A DNA stretch of 64,000 bases from an uncultured Gammaproteobacteria bacterium (GTDB lineage: Bacteria; Patescibacteriota; Microgenomatia; Levybacterales; UBA12049): NCBI GenBank assembly GCA_965230895.1, contig OZ246394.1:916668-980667 (forward strand), written 5' to 3'. The notes under the pieces were generated by a model that did not search any database, was not told the origin of the DNA, and worked only from the letters and a program-made list of their open reading frames with translations. Both the position numbers and the translations under genes were made by a program. Shown one piece after another: positions 40,270 through 50,474 of this stretch. Numbering within the stretch: the first letter of the stretch is position 1; the number at the start of each line of letters is the position of its first letter.

Positions 40270-40821
40270 CTATTGTACCTCAACTCGTCCAACATCCATG
40301 AGCCAGCCAGCATGCTGTGCGGTTTGCGTAGCGCCCCATACTTTTACTTTTTGATCTACGAACTTTGAAAGATCAACTGTTGAAGAAGTCATATACACAT
40401 TTTGACTTTCACCACCTGGACGCTCTAAATGATATTGCCCTTCTCCTTCGATACCGCCTTCTTTGAGTGTTCCTTCAGCTGTATCTTTATATGCCGATGT
40501 GTCATCGGAGCCAAAAGTTTCACCTTTCGCTGGAGCATTCGGATTGAGCGCACTTGGTACAACACTCTTTTGTCCAGGCTTGGATGTAAAAGCTGCAACT
40601 CCATATCCTGTTCCAACACCAAGAGCAGCCATCACTAAAAGTACAACGAGAATTTGGATTGTTGATGGTGCTTTTTTTGTCTCCTTAAATGATTGCATCG
40701 TTGGTCCTGACTGTTTGCCATCAAATGCAGATTTTGAAGCAGTTGATCCATCTGTCTTTGAAGCAGATGAACTTGAAGCTGGGGCTGCTGTTGATGGTTT
40801 TGGTGTTTCTTTATTTTCCAT
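40270..40821 (-). CDS. Hypothetical single-pass membrane protein with small OB-like C-terminal domain
   Basis: S/T/A-rich N-terminus, TM segment, then GGIEGEG.YHL.R.GG.SQ...VKVWG...GWLMDVG. Confidence 0.78.
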   Translation of the reverse strand: MENKETPKPSTAAPASSSSASKTDGSTASKSAFDGKQSGPTMQSFKETKKAPSTIQILVVLLVMAALGVGTGYGVAAFTSKPGQKSVVPSALNPNAPAKGETFGSDDTSAYKDTAEGTLKEGGIEGEGQYHLERPGGESQNVYMTSSTVDLSKFVDQKVKVWGATQTAQHAGWLMDVGRVEVQ

Positions 40822-40911
40822 ACGGATTTCTTACCTAGCCGTTATCCTTAGTAAAACATATTTACCATCATTTGGCAACACTCGCAGATACGCTGGTATA
40901 ATACAACAATC

Positions 40912-41745
40912 TTGAATAATACGCACAAAGTTAAAATCATGGGAATTCTCAATGTAACTCCCAACTCATTTTCCGATGGAGGTCTTTATACAAATGTTCA
41001 TGCAGCTTTAAAAAGAACAGAAGTAATGCTTTATGAAGGTGCAGATATTATTGATATCGGGGGCGAATCAACAAGGCCAGGCTCAGAAACAGTAACTGAA
41101 ACAGAAGAACTGAAACGAGTTCTTCCTGTAATTAAAGCTATAAGAAAAGCATTTCCAAAGTGCATCTTATCAATTGATACAAACAAAGCGATAGTCGCAA
41201 AGGCAGCAATTGATGAAGGGTGCACAATAGTAAATAGTCTTGGAGGATTTAGTTTTGATAAAGAAATGGCACATATTGTGGCTGACTCTGGTTCACAATG
41301 CATTATCTACCATATAAAAGGTATCCCAAAGACAATGCAGAAAGGGGCAATAGCATATACAAATATCATCCAAGAGATTACACAGTTCTTTAGAGAACAG
41401 ATCGGAATTGGTATAGACGCAGGAATGAAACACGAGCAATTTATCATTGATCCCGGCATCGGATTTGGAAAAACAGTCGAACAGAATCTAGCAATAATTA
41501 GACACCTTCATGCGTTTGCATCACTTGATTGCCCAATCGCAATTGGTGTTTCAAGGAAGAGCCATTTAGGAGCAGTATTGAAAGAGCAGCTCAAGCTTGA
41601 TACACTTCCAACCGTTGATGAACGACTCGAAGCATCTTTAGCAGAGACAGCGGTTGCTATAATTAGTGGGGCAACGATAGTTAGAACCCATGATGTCCTA
41701 CAGACAAAGAAGTTTATAAGTGTTTTAGAATCAATAATTTCATGA
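40912..41745 (+). CDS. folP: Dihydropteroate synthase
   Basis: MGILNVTPNSFSDGG, DIGGESTRPG, DPGIGFGK, SRKS and VRTHDV motifs. Start is TTG 40912 or ATG 40939. Confidence 0.95.
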   Translation: MNNTHKVKIMGILNVTPNSFSDGGLYTNVHAALKRTEVMLYEGADIIDIGGESTRPGSETVTETEELKRVLPVIKAIRKAFPKCILSIDTNKAIVAKAAIDEGCTIVNSLGGFSFDKEMAHIVADSGSQCIIYHIKGIPKTMQKGAIAYTNIIQEITQFFREQIGIGIDAGMKHEQFIIDPGIGFGKTVEQNLAIIRHLHAFASLDCPIAIGVSRKSHLGAVLKEQLKLDTLPTVDERLEASLAETAVAIISGATIVRTHDVLQTKKFISVLESIIS

Positions 41746-42488
41746 ATATCCAACCATATAAAACAAACAAAATAGTTGCAGGAAATGATCTATACCAAGT
41801 CCTTGATGCTTCCTTGCCGAAACTTACTGAGAAGTCTGTCGTTGCAGTTACTTCGAAAATCGTTGGTATATGCGAAGGACGATTAGTTAAAGCGGGGACA
41901 CTTGAAGACAAATTCAAGCTTGCTGAAACTGAAGCAGATTATTATTTACCTCCAGGAGAGAACCAATATGGCATTATGCTTTCTATCAACCATAACCTTT
42001 TAGTCGCATCCGCTGGCATCGATGCTTCAAATAGCGATGGATATTTCAGCCTTTGGCCAAAAGACCCACAAAAAAGTGTTAATCAGATCAGAGAATATCT
42101 AACAAAAAAACATCAACTCAAACATGTCGGGGTTATTCTAACAGACAGTAAGCTCAGTCCGCTTCGCTGGGGAGTCACAGGATATGCTATTACACACAGT
42201 GGGTTCAAGGCTTTAAACAGCTATATTGGGACAGAGGATTTATTTGGACGAGAAATGCATATGGAACAGACAAATGTCATTGATTCACTCGCTTCAGCAT
42301 CTGTCGTTGTTATGGGAGAGGGCTCCGAGCAAACTCCACTTGCTGTAATCACTGATGTCCCTTTCATAGAGTTTCAAGATAGAAATCCGACCGAGAAAGA
42401 ACTCGATGCACTCAAAATAAATATTAAGGATGACGTCTATGCTTCAATGCTTTCGGCAGTTCCATGGAGGTCGAAAAGAAGAAAGTGA
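41742..42488 (+). CDS. CofE-family gamma-glutamyl ligase, probable alternative dihydrofolate synthase (FolC2-like)
   Basis: TSKIVG, SAGIDASN, ILTDS, DLFGR and VMGEGSEQTP motifs. ATGA overlap with folP. Confidence 0.82.
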   Translation: MNIQPYKTNKIVAGNDLYQVLDASLPKLTEKSVVAVTSKIVGICEGRLVKAGTLEDKFKLAETEADYYLPPGENQYGIMLSINHNLLVASAGIDASNSDGYFSLWPKDPQKSVNQIREYLTKKHQLKHVGVILTDSKLSPLRWGVTGYAITHSGFKALNSYIGTEDLFGREMHMEQTNVIDSLASASVVVMGEGSEQTPLAVITDVPFIEFQDRNPTEKELDALKINIKDDVYASMLSAVPWRSKRRK

Positions 42489-42905
42489 TCAAACCCATTT
42501 AATTCCAAATAAGGACATTTGCTCATGAGGCTGATGGCGAGCAACAAAAACATCCCTTTCTATCTCAAAGCTTAAAGGGATTTGTTCTCCAGGTTTTACA
42601 CGAGCAGCCAAGATTCGCTGCCGAAGCTCAAATCCCAACGATTCATTTTTCATACTAATCGCATCGACTACACCTCGTACTTTGCCGTCTGACTCATTAT
42701 TTGCATAGGCTGCGAGCTCATCTGCAAGTGATTCAACATGTAGTTCCTGCTGCAAACGATCTTTAGCCTCAGTAATTTTTCCAGGCTTCCGAAGCGACAT
42801 CAATGCAGAAGCCATTTTAAAAACTGTGCTAACCTCAACATCAGCTTCCAAATGTCTCTCCGTTTCAGGTGCCCGGAAAGAAGATCGTGGACGTTTTTCA
42901 ACCAT
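42489..42905 (-). CDS. Hypothetical protein
   Basis: ORF fills the gap between genes. The ATG at 42905 has TATACT 7 nt upstream. Confidence 0.65.
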   Translation of the reverse strand: MVEKRPRSSFRAPETERHLEADVEVSTVFKMASALMSLRKPGKITEAKDRLQQELHVESLADELAAYANNESDGKVRGVVDAISMKNESLGFELRQRILAARVKPGEQIPLSFEIERDVFVARHQPHEQMSLFGIKWV

Positions 42906-42943
42906 AGCAAGAAGTATACCACTTACTATAAGTCTTATCAAGG

Positions 42944-43951
42944 TTAAGAGAGGCTGCGGAGTTCTTCTTCGATAAATTGATCTAAATCTCCATCCAGTAC
43001 TGCATCGGTATTTCCTGTTTCGACATTGGTACGAAGATCTTTTACCATCCTATATGGATGCAAAACATATGATCGGATTTGATTTCCCCAACCCGGGGTT
43101 TTGTAACCCCCTTTTAAAGCAGCTTCTTCCTTTTTTCTCTTCTCTTCTTCGATGGCCCAAAGCTTAGCTTTGAGAAGTTTCATCGCAAATTCACGATTTG
43201 CACCTTGATATCGTTCGGTTTGTGCAGTGACGACTATGCCTGAAGGTTTGTGCTTTAATCGAACAGCAGTTGAAACTTTATTGACATTTTGCCCACCATG
43301 TCCGCCTGAACGAAAAGCATCAAATTCTATATCATCATCTTTGATTTCAATTCCTGAATCTTGTACCAACTCAGGCAATACTTCAACCATGGCGAACGAT
43401 GTTTGACGAAGCGCATCAGCATTAAATGGCGACAAGCGAACCAAACGATGGACACCAGCTTCATGCTTTAAATATCCATACGCATACTTCCCTTCAACAG
43501 AAAGTGTGATACTTTTGAGACCGGCTTCTTCACCAGGTGTTTGATCCAAAATATCATATGCCCAACCTCTTTTTTCGAAAAACTTTGTATACATACGGAA
43601 AAGTATGGAAACCCAATCCATCGCTTCTGTCCCACCCTGGCCGGAATGAATTGCAAAGATGGCATTGGATTTATCATTGGGAGAAGAGAAGAACATCAAC
43701 AGCTCCATTTTCTTCAAGAGCTTTTCGACTTCATCGGTTTCACCTTCCTCCATCCATAATTCAAGAAGTTCTACTTCTTCAACTTCTTTTTGCAGCGAAG
43801 ACATCTCTTTCATTTTTGCAGCCGCGGTTTGGTGATCATCCCAAAAACCAGGCTTCATACTTTCTGCCTCAAGCTCACGAATCCGTTTACGCTTTTCGTC
43901 TGCATCGATCTTCTCAATTAATTTGGTAACACGATTCTTTAAATCATCCAT
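42944..43951 (-). CDS. prfB: Peptide chain release factor 2, single uninterrupted frame
   Basis: SPF motif (RLSPFN), GGQ ([10 protein letters not shown]) and WGNQIRSY. Start placed at the ATG at 43951 (MDDLKNRV). Confidence 0.96.
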   Translation of the reverse strand: MDDLKNRVTKLIEKIDADEKRKRIRELEAESMKPGFWDDHQTAAAKMKEMSSLQKEVEEVELLELWMEEGETDEVEKLLKKMELLMFFSSPNDKSNAIFAIHSGQGGTEAMDWVSILFRMYTKFFEKRGWAYDILDQTPGEEAGLKSITLSVEGKYAYGYLKHEAGVHRLVRLSPFNADALRQTSFAMVEVLPELVQDSGIEIKDDDIEFDAFRSGGHGGQNVNKVSTAVRLKHKPSGIVVTAQTERYQGANREFAMKLLKAKLWAIEEEKRKKEEAALKGGYKTPGWGNQIRSYVLHPYRMVKDLRTNVETGNTDAVLDGDLDQFIEEELRSLS

Positions 43952-43982
43952 AATCTGTACATTATACATGAGAGTTTTATGG

Positions 43983-44026
43983 CTGAGTGGAACGAAGTGT
44001 AATCGAAACCTTCGACTACGCTCAGG
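43983..44026. repeat. Degenerate REP-like palindrome
   Basis: CTGAGTGGAACGAAG...CTTCGACTACGCTCAGG, an imperfect inverted repeat in the intergenic region upstream of prfB. Confidence 0.5.
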
Positions 44027-44031
44027 CATTA

Positions 44032-44346
44032 TTATTTTTCTCTATTCGTTATATTGTGGAGTTGTTCTTCAGAATAATCTCGGACACTTTGTAGATCTTC
44101 AGGGATTTTCTGGAATCTCTGGAAGAACCCGATAATGTCTCCTATCGTGACATTGCTTGCACTATCCGCTGCTTTTTCTGCTTGCTGTCCAATATCTGAT
44201 TGGATTTCGCCACTCACCTCTTGTGCTTTTTGTGTGCTTGCACCTTTCACGCCGACTGTTTGTTGAGCTAAGCCATAATAATTACTAACGCCATAAACAA
44301 TCGCAGCAAGAACCAAAAAAGCAAGGAGATTCCTCAGGACAGACAT
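44032..44346 (-). CDS. Small membrane-anchored hypothetical protein
   Basis: N-terminal TM followed by VKGAST. An extended -10 (TGcTATACT) lies 6 nt before the ATG. Confidence 0.75.
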   Translation of the reverse strand: MSVLRNLLAFLVLAAIVYGVSNYYGLAQQTVGVKGASTQKAQEVSGEIQSDIGQQAEKAADSASNVTIGDIIGFFQRFQKIPEDLQSVRDYSEEQLHNITNREK

Positions 44347-44410
44347 ATAAGTAGTATAGCAAATATAATCCTGATCTTTACTTTGTTGACGATTTTTGAC
44401 ATACTTAGTT

Positions 44411-45454
44411 ATGGATCACCATTTTTCTGTTGTAAACAACCCACACACCTTTCCTGACTTCCCACTTGCAGAGCTACACACGCATATAGGCTCAGCAATT
44501 AATCCATTCGTCTATTGGCAGATTGCGCATGAACAAGGAGAAAAACTTCCGAAGAAAGATTACCACGAATTTGTCGAACATATAACACTTTCTCCACATC
44601 GAAAAATGAAATTAAATGAATATCTCAAAAAGATTTATCATCCTGTTTTGGATAAATTAAGTTCTGGGACATTTGCTCTTGAAAAAGCTATGTACGAAAC
44701 CATGGGCGGTGCTTATAGAAATAATATTAAGCATATCGAAATCCGCGGCAATATCATGCGTCACAATAACAATGGCGAACAAGATTTAGATCATATCATT
44801 ATGGCAATGCTTCGTGGAATGGAACGAGCATTTCTCGAATATCCAAATCTTTCTGGTGGATATATCTTTTGTCTCGCTCGAGAATTTGATATTGAAAAAA
44901 ATGCAATTATTATTGAGAAAGCCATTAAGTATCGCAAACGTGGCGTTGTCGGGATAGATATCGCAGGGGGTACAAATCCAAATTTCAAACTCAAAGACTA
45001 TAAAGGACTTTTCCAAAAAGCAAAGCGCGCAGGACTCAATCTCACTGCACATACAGGAGAAACCAACGATGAAAATGATATGTGGGAAGCAATTGAATAT
45101 TTAAAACCAAAACGAATCGGTCATGGGATTAAAGCAGCCTATGATAAATCGTTGATGAAAGAACTTGTCAAGCAGGATATTGTTCTAGAAGTTTGCCCAC
45201 TGAGTAACCTGATGACCAAAGCAGTTGAAAACGAAGAAGAATTGAAATTTATTCTGCGGACATTCATTGATAATAATGTGAAATTTACCATCAATACAGA
45301 TTGGCCTGAAATGATTGCAGATGCGCATTTATGGAGACAGTTTGCATTTCTTCGGGATAAAGGGATTCTGACTGAAGAAGAACTAAAGCGCTGCAATAAG
45401 ATTGCCTTTGCCTCCGCTTTTGCTCCAAAAGGTGGCCTCAACGCGTACTTGTAG
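44411..45454 (+). CDS. add: Adenosine/adenine deaminase family protein
   Basis: AELHTHIG, GIDIAG, TAHTGE, RIGHG, EVCPLSN and INTD motifs. Start placed at the ATG at 44411. Confidence 0.88.
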   Translation: MDHHFSVVNNPHTFPDFPLAELHTHIGSAINPFVYWQIAHEQGEKLPKKDYHEFVEHITLSPHRKMKLNEYLKKIYHPVLDKLSSGTFALEKAMYETMGGAYRNNIKHIEIRGNIMRHNNNGEQDLDHIIMAMLRGMERAFLEYPNLSGGYIFCLAREFDIEKNAIIIEKAIKYRKRGVVGIDIAGGTNPNFKLKDYKGLFQKAKRAGLNLTAHTGETNDENDMWEAIEYLKPKRIGHGIKAAYDKSLMKELVKQDIVLEVCPLSNLMTKAVENEEELKFILRTFIDNNVKFTINTDWPEMIADAHLWRQFAFLRDKGILTEEELKRCNKIAFASAFAPKGGLNAYL

Positions 45455-45466
45455 TATAATACTTCT

Positions 45467-46108
45467 ATGGACGAGAAAAATGTATGTACTATGTATATAG
45501 TCCGTCATGGACAATCAGTCGCAAACGCGCAAGGCAAACATGGCATGGACACACCATTGACCGAGACAGGCCGCGAGCAAGCGCGGGAAGCAGCTCAAAA
45601 ATTGAAAGATATTCACTTTGATGCCGCCTTCTCTTCTCCATTACAACGAGCTCACGAGACTGCACAGACTATTGCTGCAGAACATAATTTACTTATCACA
45701 ACCAGAGAAGCATTGCGCGAACGAAATGAAGGAACGCTCGATGGAAGGTTAAGTCATGAAGTTCGTGAAGAATTAAAAGATCTATACGAAATGCGCCACA
45801 CCCTTCCATATGAAGAATGGAAATCAGTAAAACTCACTGAAGGATATGAAAGTGATGAAGAATTAATGTCCCGATTCATTACAGAACTTCGAGAAATTGC
45901 TATCGCCTATCCTGGCAAAACTGTTCTTGTTGGAAGTCATGTTGGCTTAATGAAAACACTCCTTATCCATTTGGGAGAAGGAACCCATGCGACACTGAAA
46001 GGTCAGGCTTTTAAAAATACGGGTTACATTGTCCTTAAATCAGATGGTGTCGATTTCGAAGTTGCAGAAACATACGGAATCAACAAACCAGAAGACCAAT
46101 TAAAGTAA
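45467..46108 (+). CDS. Histidine phosphatase (phosphoglycerate mutase family)
   Basis: VRHGQS, SSPLQRAHETA, LRE and SH motifs. Confidence 0.92.
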   Translation: MDEKNVCTMYIVRHGQSVANAQGKHGMDTPLTETGREQAREAAQKLKDIHFDAAFSSPLQRAHETAQTIAAEHNLLITTREALRERNEGTLDGRLSHEVREELKDLYEMRHTLPYEEWKSVKLTEGYESDEELMSRFITELREIAIAYPGKTVLVGSHVGLMKTLLIHLGEGTHATLKGQAFKNTGYIVLKSDGVDFEVAETYGINKPEDQLK

Positions 46109-46132
46109 TCCTCAAATGGTATAATCCAACCT

Positions 46133-46810
46133 ATGGTAGACAAATCAAACTGGACAGTTTCCAAACACGCAAACGAATATATCGAAGAGAATTTCATCCA
46201 ACCTGATGATGCGTTGGATTTCGCAATAAAGAATAGTAAGAAAAATAATCTCCCACCAATTCAAATCAATGCAGTTATCGGACGCATGCTCTATCTCCAA
46301 GCAAAATCAATCAATGCCAAAAGTATGCTGGAAATTGGAACACTCGGAGCTTACAGCACGATTTGGTTGGCAAAAGCATTACCTGAAGATGGAAAACTTA
46401 TCACTATTGAACATAATCCAAATTATGCAGCTGTTGCTCAGGAGAATATCGATCATGCCAATCTTTCTCCCCAGATTGAAATTCAACAAGGTGAAGCTTT
46501 GGAAGTCTTACCAAAAATAAATGAAACATTTGATCTCTTTTTTATTGACGCGCACAAGGAGGAATATACCCAATATGTTGAACACGCAATCCGAATGAGT
46601 CGTCCAGGAACAATTATCATTTGTGACAATGTGCTGAGAAATGGATGGGTTACCAAGGAAACTTTTGAAAAAGAATACTATGCAAAATTACATGAGTTCA
46701 ATCAATGGCTTGCAAAGAATGATCGACTCGAATCAACAATCATTCCCACAGTTCTGCCATTAAAAGATCGGGATTATGTGGATGGAATTAGTGTAAGTGT
46801 AGTTAAGTAA
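46133..46810 (+). CDS. SAM-dependent O-methyltransferase (caffeoyl-CoA OMT/TrmR-like)
   Basis: LEIGTLGAYS, FIDAHK and CDNVL motifs. Confidence 0.9.
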   Translation: MVDKSNWTVSKHANEYIEENFIQPDDALDFAIKNSKKNNLPPIQINAVIGRMLYLQAKSINAKSMLEIGTLGAYSTIWLAKALPEDGKLITIEHNPNYAAVAQENIDHANLSPQIEIQQGEALEVLPKINETFDLFFIDAHKEEYTQYVEHAIRMSRPGTIIICDNVLRNGWVTKETFEKEYYAKLHEFNQWLAKNDRLESTIIPTVLPLKDRDYVDGISVSVVK

Positions 46811-48961
46811 TTACAATGATGATGAAAGCTCACGGAGAAAAAGATTATAGTCGCCACTTTCGACTTTTCCATTATCATCAAGGTCTGTATTTATCGCAGG
46901 AACATGCACTTGGCAAACAGGTTTATTGAAAGGTGCATTCGGGTCACTAATAGGGAGCGGATTAATTACTCCATATCCACAATCAAGAAAAGCATTGTAA
47001 TCCATAACATTGATCAAGTTATCCCCTGTCACATCTCCTGCATTAAGCGAAATTTGAGAGAGAGCATTTTCTTCGTTAGAAACTAAGGAAATAACTACAT
47101 TCTTTTGTAAATACCTATCACTTTTAATGCGCATGCTATATGTCCCTGAAGAGAAATTACTTCCCAAATCGACTTTGCCTATAAAGTTTCCAGAAGCAAC
47201 ATCATAAGTGATGGTAGCTGATTTGCTAGCAACATTATTATTGGTACTATCAAAAAGACTTACTGATACATTCCGTTGCGGAGTTTGCGGAGATTTATTG
47301 CTTAAGCTTCCTCCTCCAGGATTTGAATTATCTCCTGATGAACCAATTCCATGAAGAGCAATTGTAAATGAAAGTATTGTAGAAGATCCCCCAAGATTTG
47401 GCGTTGTTGGAGTAATTGTTGAAGCACCTGTCGGTTGTGGTGTAAAAAATGGTGTTGGCGGAGTTGACCCAAAATTGATAGCTACTGTCGCTTGTGTTGC
47501 TATCGCTGTCTTTGTTTGCACTGAAATCTTGTTGTCCCCATCGAAAAATACCATGCCCGGCTCAAGTGCCGAATCCGCAAATGTTGTAGTTGCTGGGTTT
47601 GCATCGAGGAGGACAACATCACAGCTGTCTCCACTAGGACATTCTACTGGCGCAAGACGGATACTAACACCCTTAAAAATATTGGATGCAGGACGCTCCT
47701 GAAGAGGTAGATAGTCAAAAAAATTAATGAATTGATCGACACCATATGGTTGACGATATTCCAGATAATAATACTGCTTCTGGCCAGAAGCTGTCGTTGT
47801 GTTTCTTGGGATTTTAATAAGCTGAACCGATGAGGATGTCTGTTCTTGTGGAACAATCGTATATGTACCTGCAGATGTCACTTCCTGAATATTTCCTGAC
47901 GCATACCATCCTGCTGATTCTTTATGTACATTACTGATATGCCCCAAACCGCCACCTAGTGGCTCATACGGATCTCCCGCATCATCTATGCAGTTATTAC
48001 TGATCGTAACTCTTTTGCCAGAACTATCCGTGCAGGAAAAAGCATAAGCATGCCGGAGATAACCATCTGTCGTTTGTCCAGACCCATAGGGCAAAGTATG
48101 AGCAATTTCATGGAGAAAAACATGCTTGTACGAAGACACCGGATATGTAGGATCTGAGATAATAATATAGCTATTGTTCGCACTTGATAACCCGACAAAT
48201 CCCTTACATCCATTCGTCACAGGGAATACAAAAATGAATTTATCATATCCTGTCATATCTTTTCCTGCTTTTTGCGCTTCTTGTTTAGCGAGCTCTCCCC
48301 AATTCAGAATTTGTTCGTTTGCACATTCGGATTTAGGAGTACCAACAACAAGATCATAAGGAACGGTATACCACCCAAATACATCCCCATCAGGACTAGT
48401 TTTGCCTTGCAAATTGTATAAACCATAAGAAGCCTCTTTAAAATAGTTTTTAATGGAATCTGTGTCAGTAAAAATTGTCTTTTTTGTAGCATCTTGTGTA
48501 AATGGTTGCCTTGTATTATTTCTGAAGTTAAACAAGATCACAGCAGTTCTAATATTTTTAACTGTTGCGGCAGCTGTGACTTGAGATCGAGGTTCATCAA
48601 GGATTTGGACCGCGTTGAGGTCTTTGGCATCAACTGTTAATATATCCTTTTCGATTACGCCAGTGAGTTTCACGTGTGTATCTGGTGCAAATTGTAAAGG
48701 TTTTCCATTTGAAAAGCGTACTTGGAATGTTTTTTTATCCAGAGTTCTTAGTGAATACTCCATCGTTGATTTTCCGGATTCTTGGTCGAGAATAAAGATC
48801 GTAATGGTTCCCTCAATCGTTCTTGTTTCTGACTGCATAGATGCACGAGAACGGATGTCATTTCTTTCTGTTTGGAAAATGGTTATCGGTAAGATGACTA
48901 AGCCAATAAGTAAAATGCTCAGGACTACAAAAACTGGAGTATTACGGAATTTTCGCCCCAT
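46811..48961 (-). CDS. Membrane-anchored/secreted zinc metalloprotease (M11/M6-like) with C-terminal dockerin-like domain
   Basis: N-terminal TM; YFKEASYG, HEIAH, GDPYEPLG and YYLEYRQ; P/T linker; paired Ca-binding repeats GDVTGDNLINVMDY and DLDDNGKVESGDY. Confidence 0.8.
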   Translation of the reverse strand: MGRKFRNTPVFVVLSILLIGLVILPITIFQTERNDIRSRASMQSETRTIEGTITIFILDQESGKSTMEYSLRTLDKKTFQVRFSNGKPLQFAPDTHVKLTGVIEKDILTVDAKDLNAVQILDEPRSQVTAAATVKNIRTAVILFNFRNNTRQPFTQDATKKTIFTDTDSIKNYFKEASYGLYNLQGKTSPDGDVFGWYTVPYDLVVGTPKSECANEQILNWGELAKQEAQKAGKDMTGYDKFIFVFPVTNGCKGFVGLSSANNSYIIISDPTYPVSSYKHVFLHEIAHTLPYGSGQTTDGYLRHAYAFSCTDSSGKRVTISNNCIDDAGDPYEPLGGGLGHISNVHKESAGWYASGNIQEVTSAGTYTIVPQEQTSSSVQLIKIPRNTTTASGQKQYYYLEYRQPYGVDQFINFFDYLPLQERPASNIFKGVSIRLAPVECPSGDSCDVVLLDANPATTTFADSALEPGMVFFDGDNKISVQTKTAIATQATVAINFGSTPPTPFFTPQPTGASTITPTTPNLGGSSTILSFTIALHGIGSSGDNSNPGGGSLSNKSPQTPQRNVSVSLFDSTNNNVASKSATITYDVASGNFIGKVDLGSNFSSGTYSMRIKSDRYLQKNVVISLVSNEENALSQISLNAGDVTGDNLINVMDYNAFLDCGYGVINPLPISDPNAPFNKPVCQVHVPAINTDLDDNGKVESGDYNLFLRELSSSL

Positions 48962-49012
48962 AAATCCATTATCGTAGCTTAGTGGAACAAAGTAAACTCT
49001 CTTGAAAGTAAT

Positions 49013-50152
49013 TTAATAATTTTCTCCAGCATTCGTGATGAGGAGTGAATGAGGATGGGATTCGGTGAGACTTGCTTGGGTGATTTGGAGAAATTGTGCT
49101 TTCTTTTGAAGTTCTGGAATTGATTTTGCACCCACATAGTACAAACCTGATTTGATTCCACCGATTGCTTGGTCGAGGACAGACTGGACAGAACCTTTGA
49201 CTGGAACTAAGCCTTCAACACCTTCCGCAACTAAAACTCGATCTTTATAATCTTTGCCATGATATTCGTCCTCGGATTTGATCTTGGTTCCTTTTTTCAT
49301 CGCACCAATTGAACCCATACCGCGATATTCTTTGAACACATATGATGATTTATTTTTCTGAAAAATGCTTTGGAAACGATGCGGAACTTGTGCTTTCGTC
49401 AACGTCACTTTCTTTCCAGGAGATTCTTTCGTTGAGGCGAAGAAGCTTCCCATCATTACAGCTGCCGCACCAGTCGCAAACGCTTTAACCATGTCACCTG
49501 AATATTTAATACCACCATCAGCAATAACCGGGATCCTTTTCTTCGAAGCACTGCGTACGACCTCAGTAAGCGCAGTAATTTGAGGAACTCCCATTCCTGA
49601 GATAATACGAGTTGTACAAATTGCACCCGGTCCCATACCAACTCGGAGACAATCTGCACCAGCTGCAATCAAAGCTTCAGCGCCATCAAATGTTGCGATA
49701 TTTCCACCCATGATATCGATCTTTGGATATTTTCCCTTAATAAACTTGATGGCATCGATGATTTGCTTGGTAAATCCGTGAGCAGAATCAACAACAAGCA
49801 ATGAAACATCTGCTTTGATCAATGCTTCAACCCGTTCCTGATAATTCCCACTTGCTCCAACCGCAGCACCAACGAAAAGCTTTTTCTTACGAACTGCACT
49901 GACATGTTTTGCTTGATCGTTGATTGAGAGATTGCGGTGAATAATACCAATCCCACCCATTTCTGCTAAAGCAATTGCAAGTTCGGATTCGGTAACAGTA
50001 TCCATCGGAGCGGAGACAAAAGGAGCGGTCAGTGTAATATTCTTTGTTAACTTCGTAGATAAATCGATGTCGCCCCGAGAAAAATCTGCATACCCTGGGA
50101 CAAGAAGAACGTCGTCAAAGGTCAAACCGAGAGGAAGAGTTTGCTTAACCAT
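49013..50152 (-). CDS. guaB: IMP dehydrogenase lacking CBS domains
   Basis: [45 protein letters not shown] and EGVEG motifs. Confidence 0.9.
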   Translation of the reverse strand: MVKQTLPLGLTFDDVLLVPGYADFSRGDIDLSTKLTKNITLTAPFVSAPMDTVTESELAIALAEMGGIGIIHRNLSINDQAKHVSAVRKKKLFVGAAVGASGNYQERVEALIKADVSLLVVDSAHGFTKQIIDAIKFIKGKYPKIDIMGGNIATFDGAEALIAAGADCLRVGMGPGAICTTRIISGMGVPQITALTEVVRSASKKRIPVIADGGIKYSGDMVKAFATGAAAVMMGSFFASTKESPGKKVTLTKAQVPHRFQSIFQKNKSSYVFKEYRGMGSIGAMKKGTKIKSEDEYHGKDYKDRVLVAEGVEGLVPVKGSVQSVLDQAIGGIKSGLYYVGAKSIPELQKKAQFLQITQASLTESHPHSLLITNAGENY

Positions 50153-50165
50153 AATTCAATTTATA

Positions 50166-50468
50166 TCATTTACGTCGCCATGTCAACGCTTTTCGCCAAC
50201 GCTTATAAAAAGGTTCTGCATGTTTTACCTTAATTTTAAAATCTTCTATTACCGGATTTGCTAAGAATCCATCGGAAAAGACAGTCACTTGGGCTCTCGC
50301 ATCTTTTTTTGAGGAGGCAGTAATTCTAAAATCATAGGCTTTACCTGCGCGCAGGTTAACAACTTCATGCCCTTTTCTCCCCAGCGCATCAGCAATTGCA
50401 TTGGCTTGAGGGTCTCTGATTTCAGATTTATAGTTTGTTTGGACGTGGACGAGAAACTCTCTCGACAT
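50166..50468 (-). CDS. purS: PurS-like protein (FGAM synthase small subunit)
   Basis: IRDPQANAI..AL...G...RAGK...LANPVIEDF signature, plus a basic C-terminal extension. Confidence 0.85.
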   Translation of the reverse strand: MSREFLVHVQTNYKSEIRDPQANAIADALGRKGHEVVNLRAGKAYDFRITASSKKDARAQVTVFSDGFLANPVIEDFKIKVKHAEPFYKRWRKALTWRRK

Positions 50469-50474
50469 AAGCTC

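Noticed and set aside
41742-42488. F420 biosynthesis (cofE)
   Set aside because: No cofC, cofD, cofG or cofH genes in the window. Coupling to folP favours a folate role.
43952-44029. N-terminal extension of prfB, and similar extensions of aspS, PHP (to 59132), LysR (from 60704), SPFH and GT2 (33301)
   Set aside because: The extensions run through promoters, palindromes or neighbouring genes, and downstream ATGs fit the family N-termini better.
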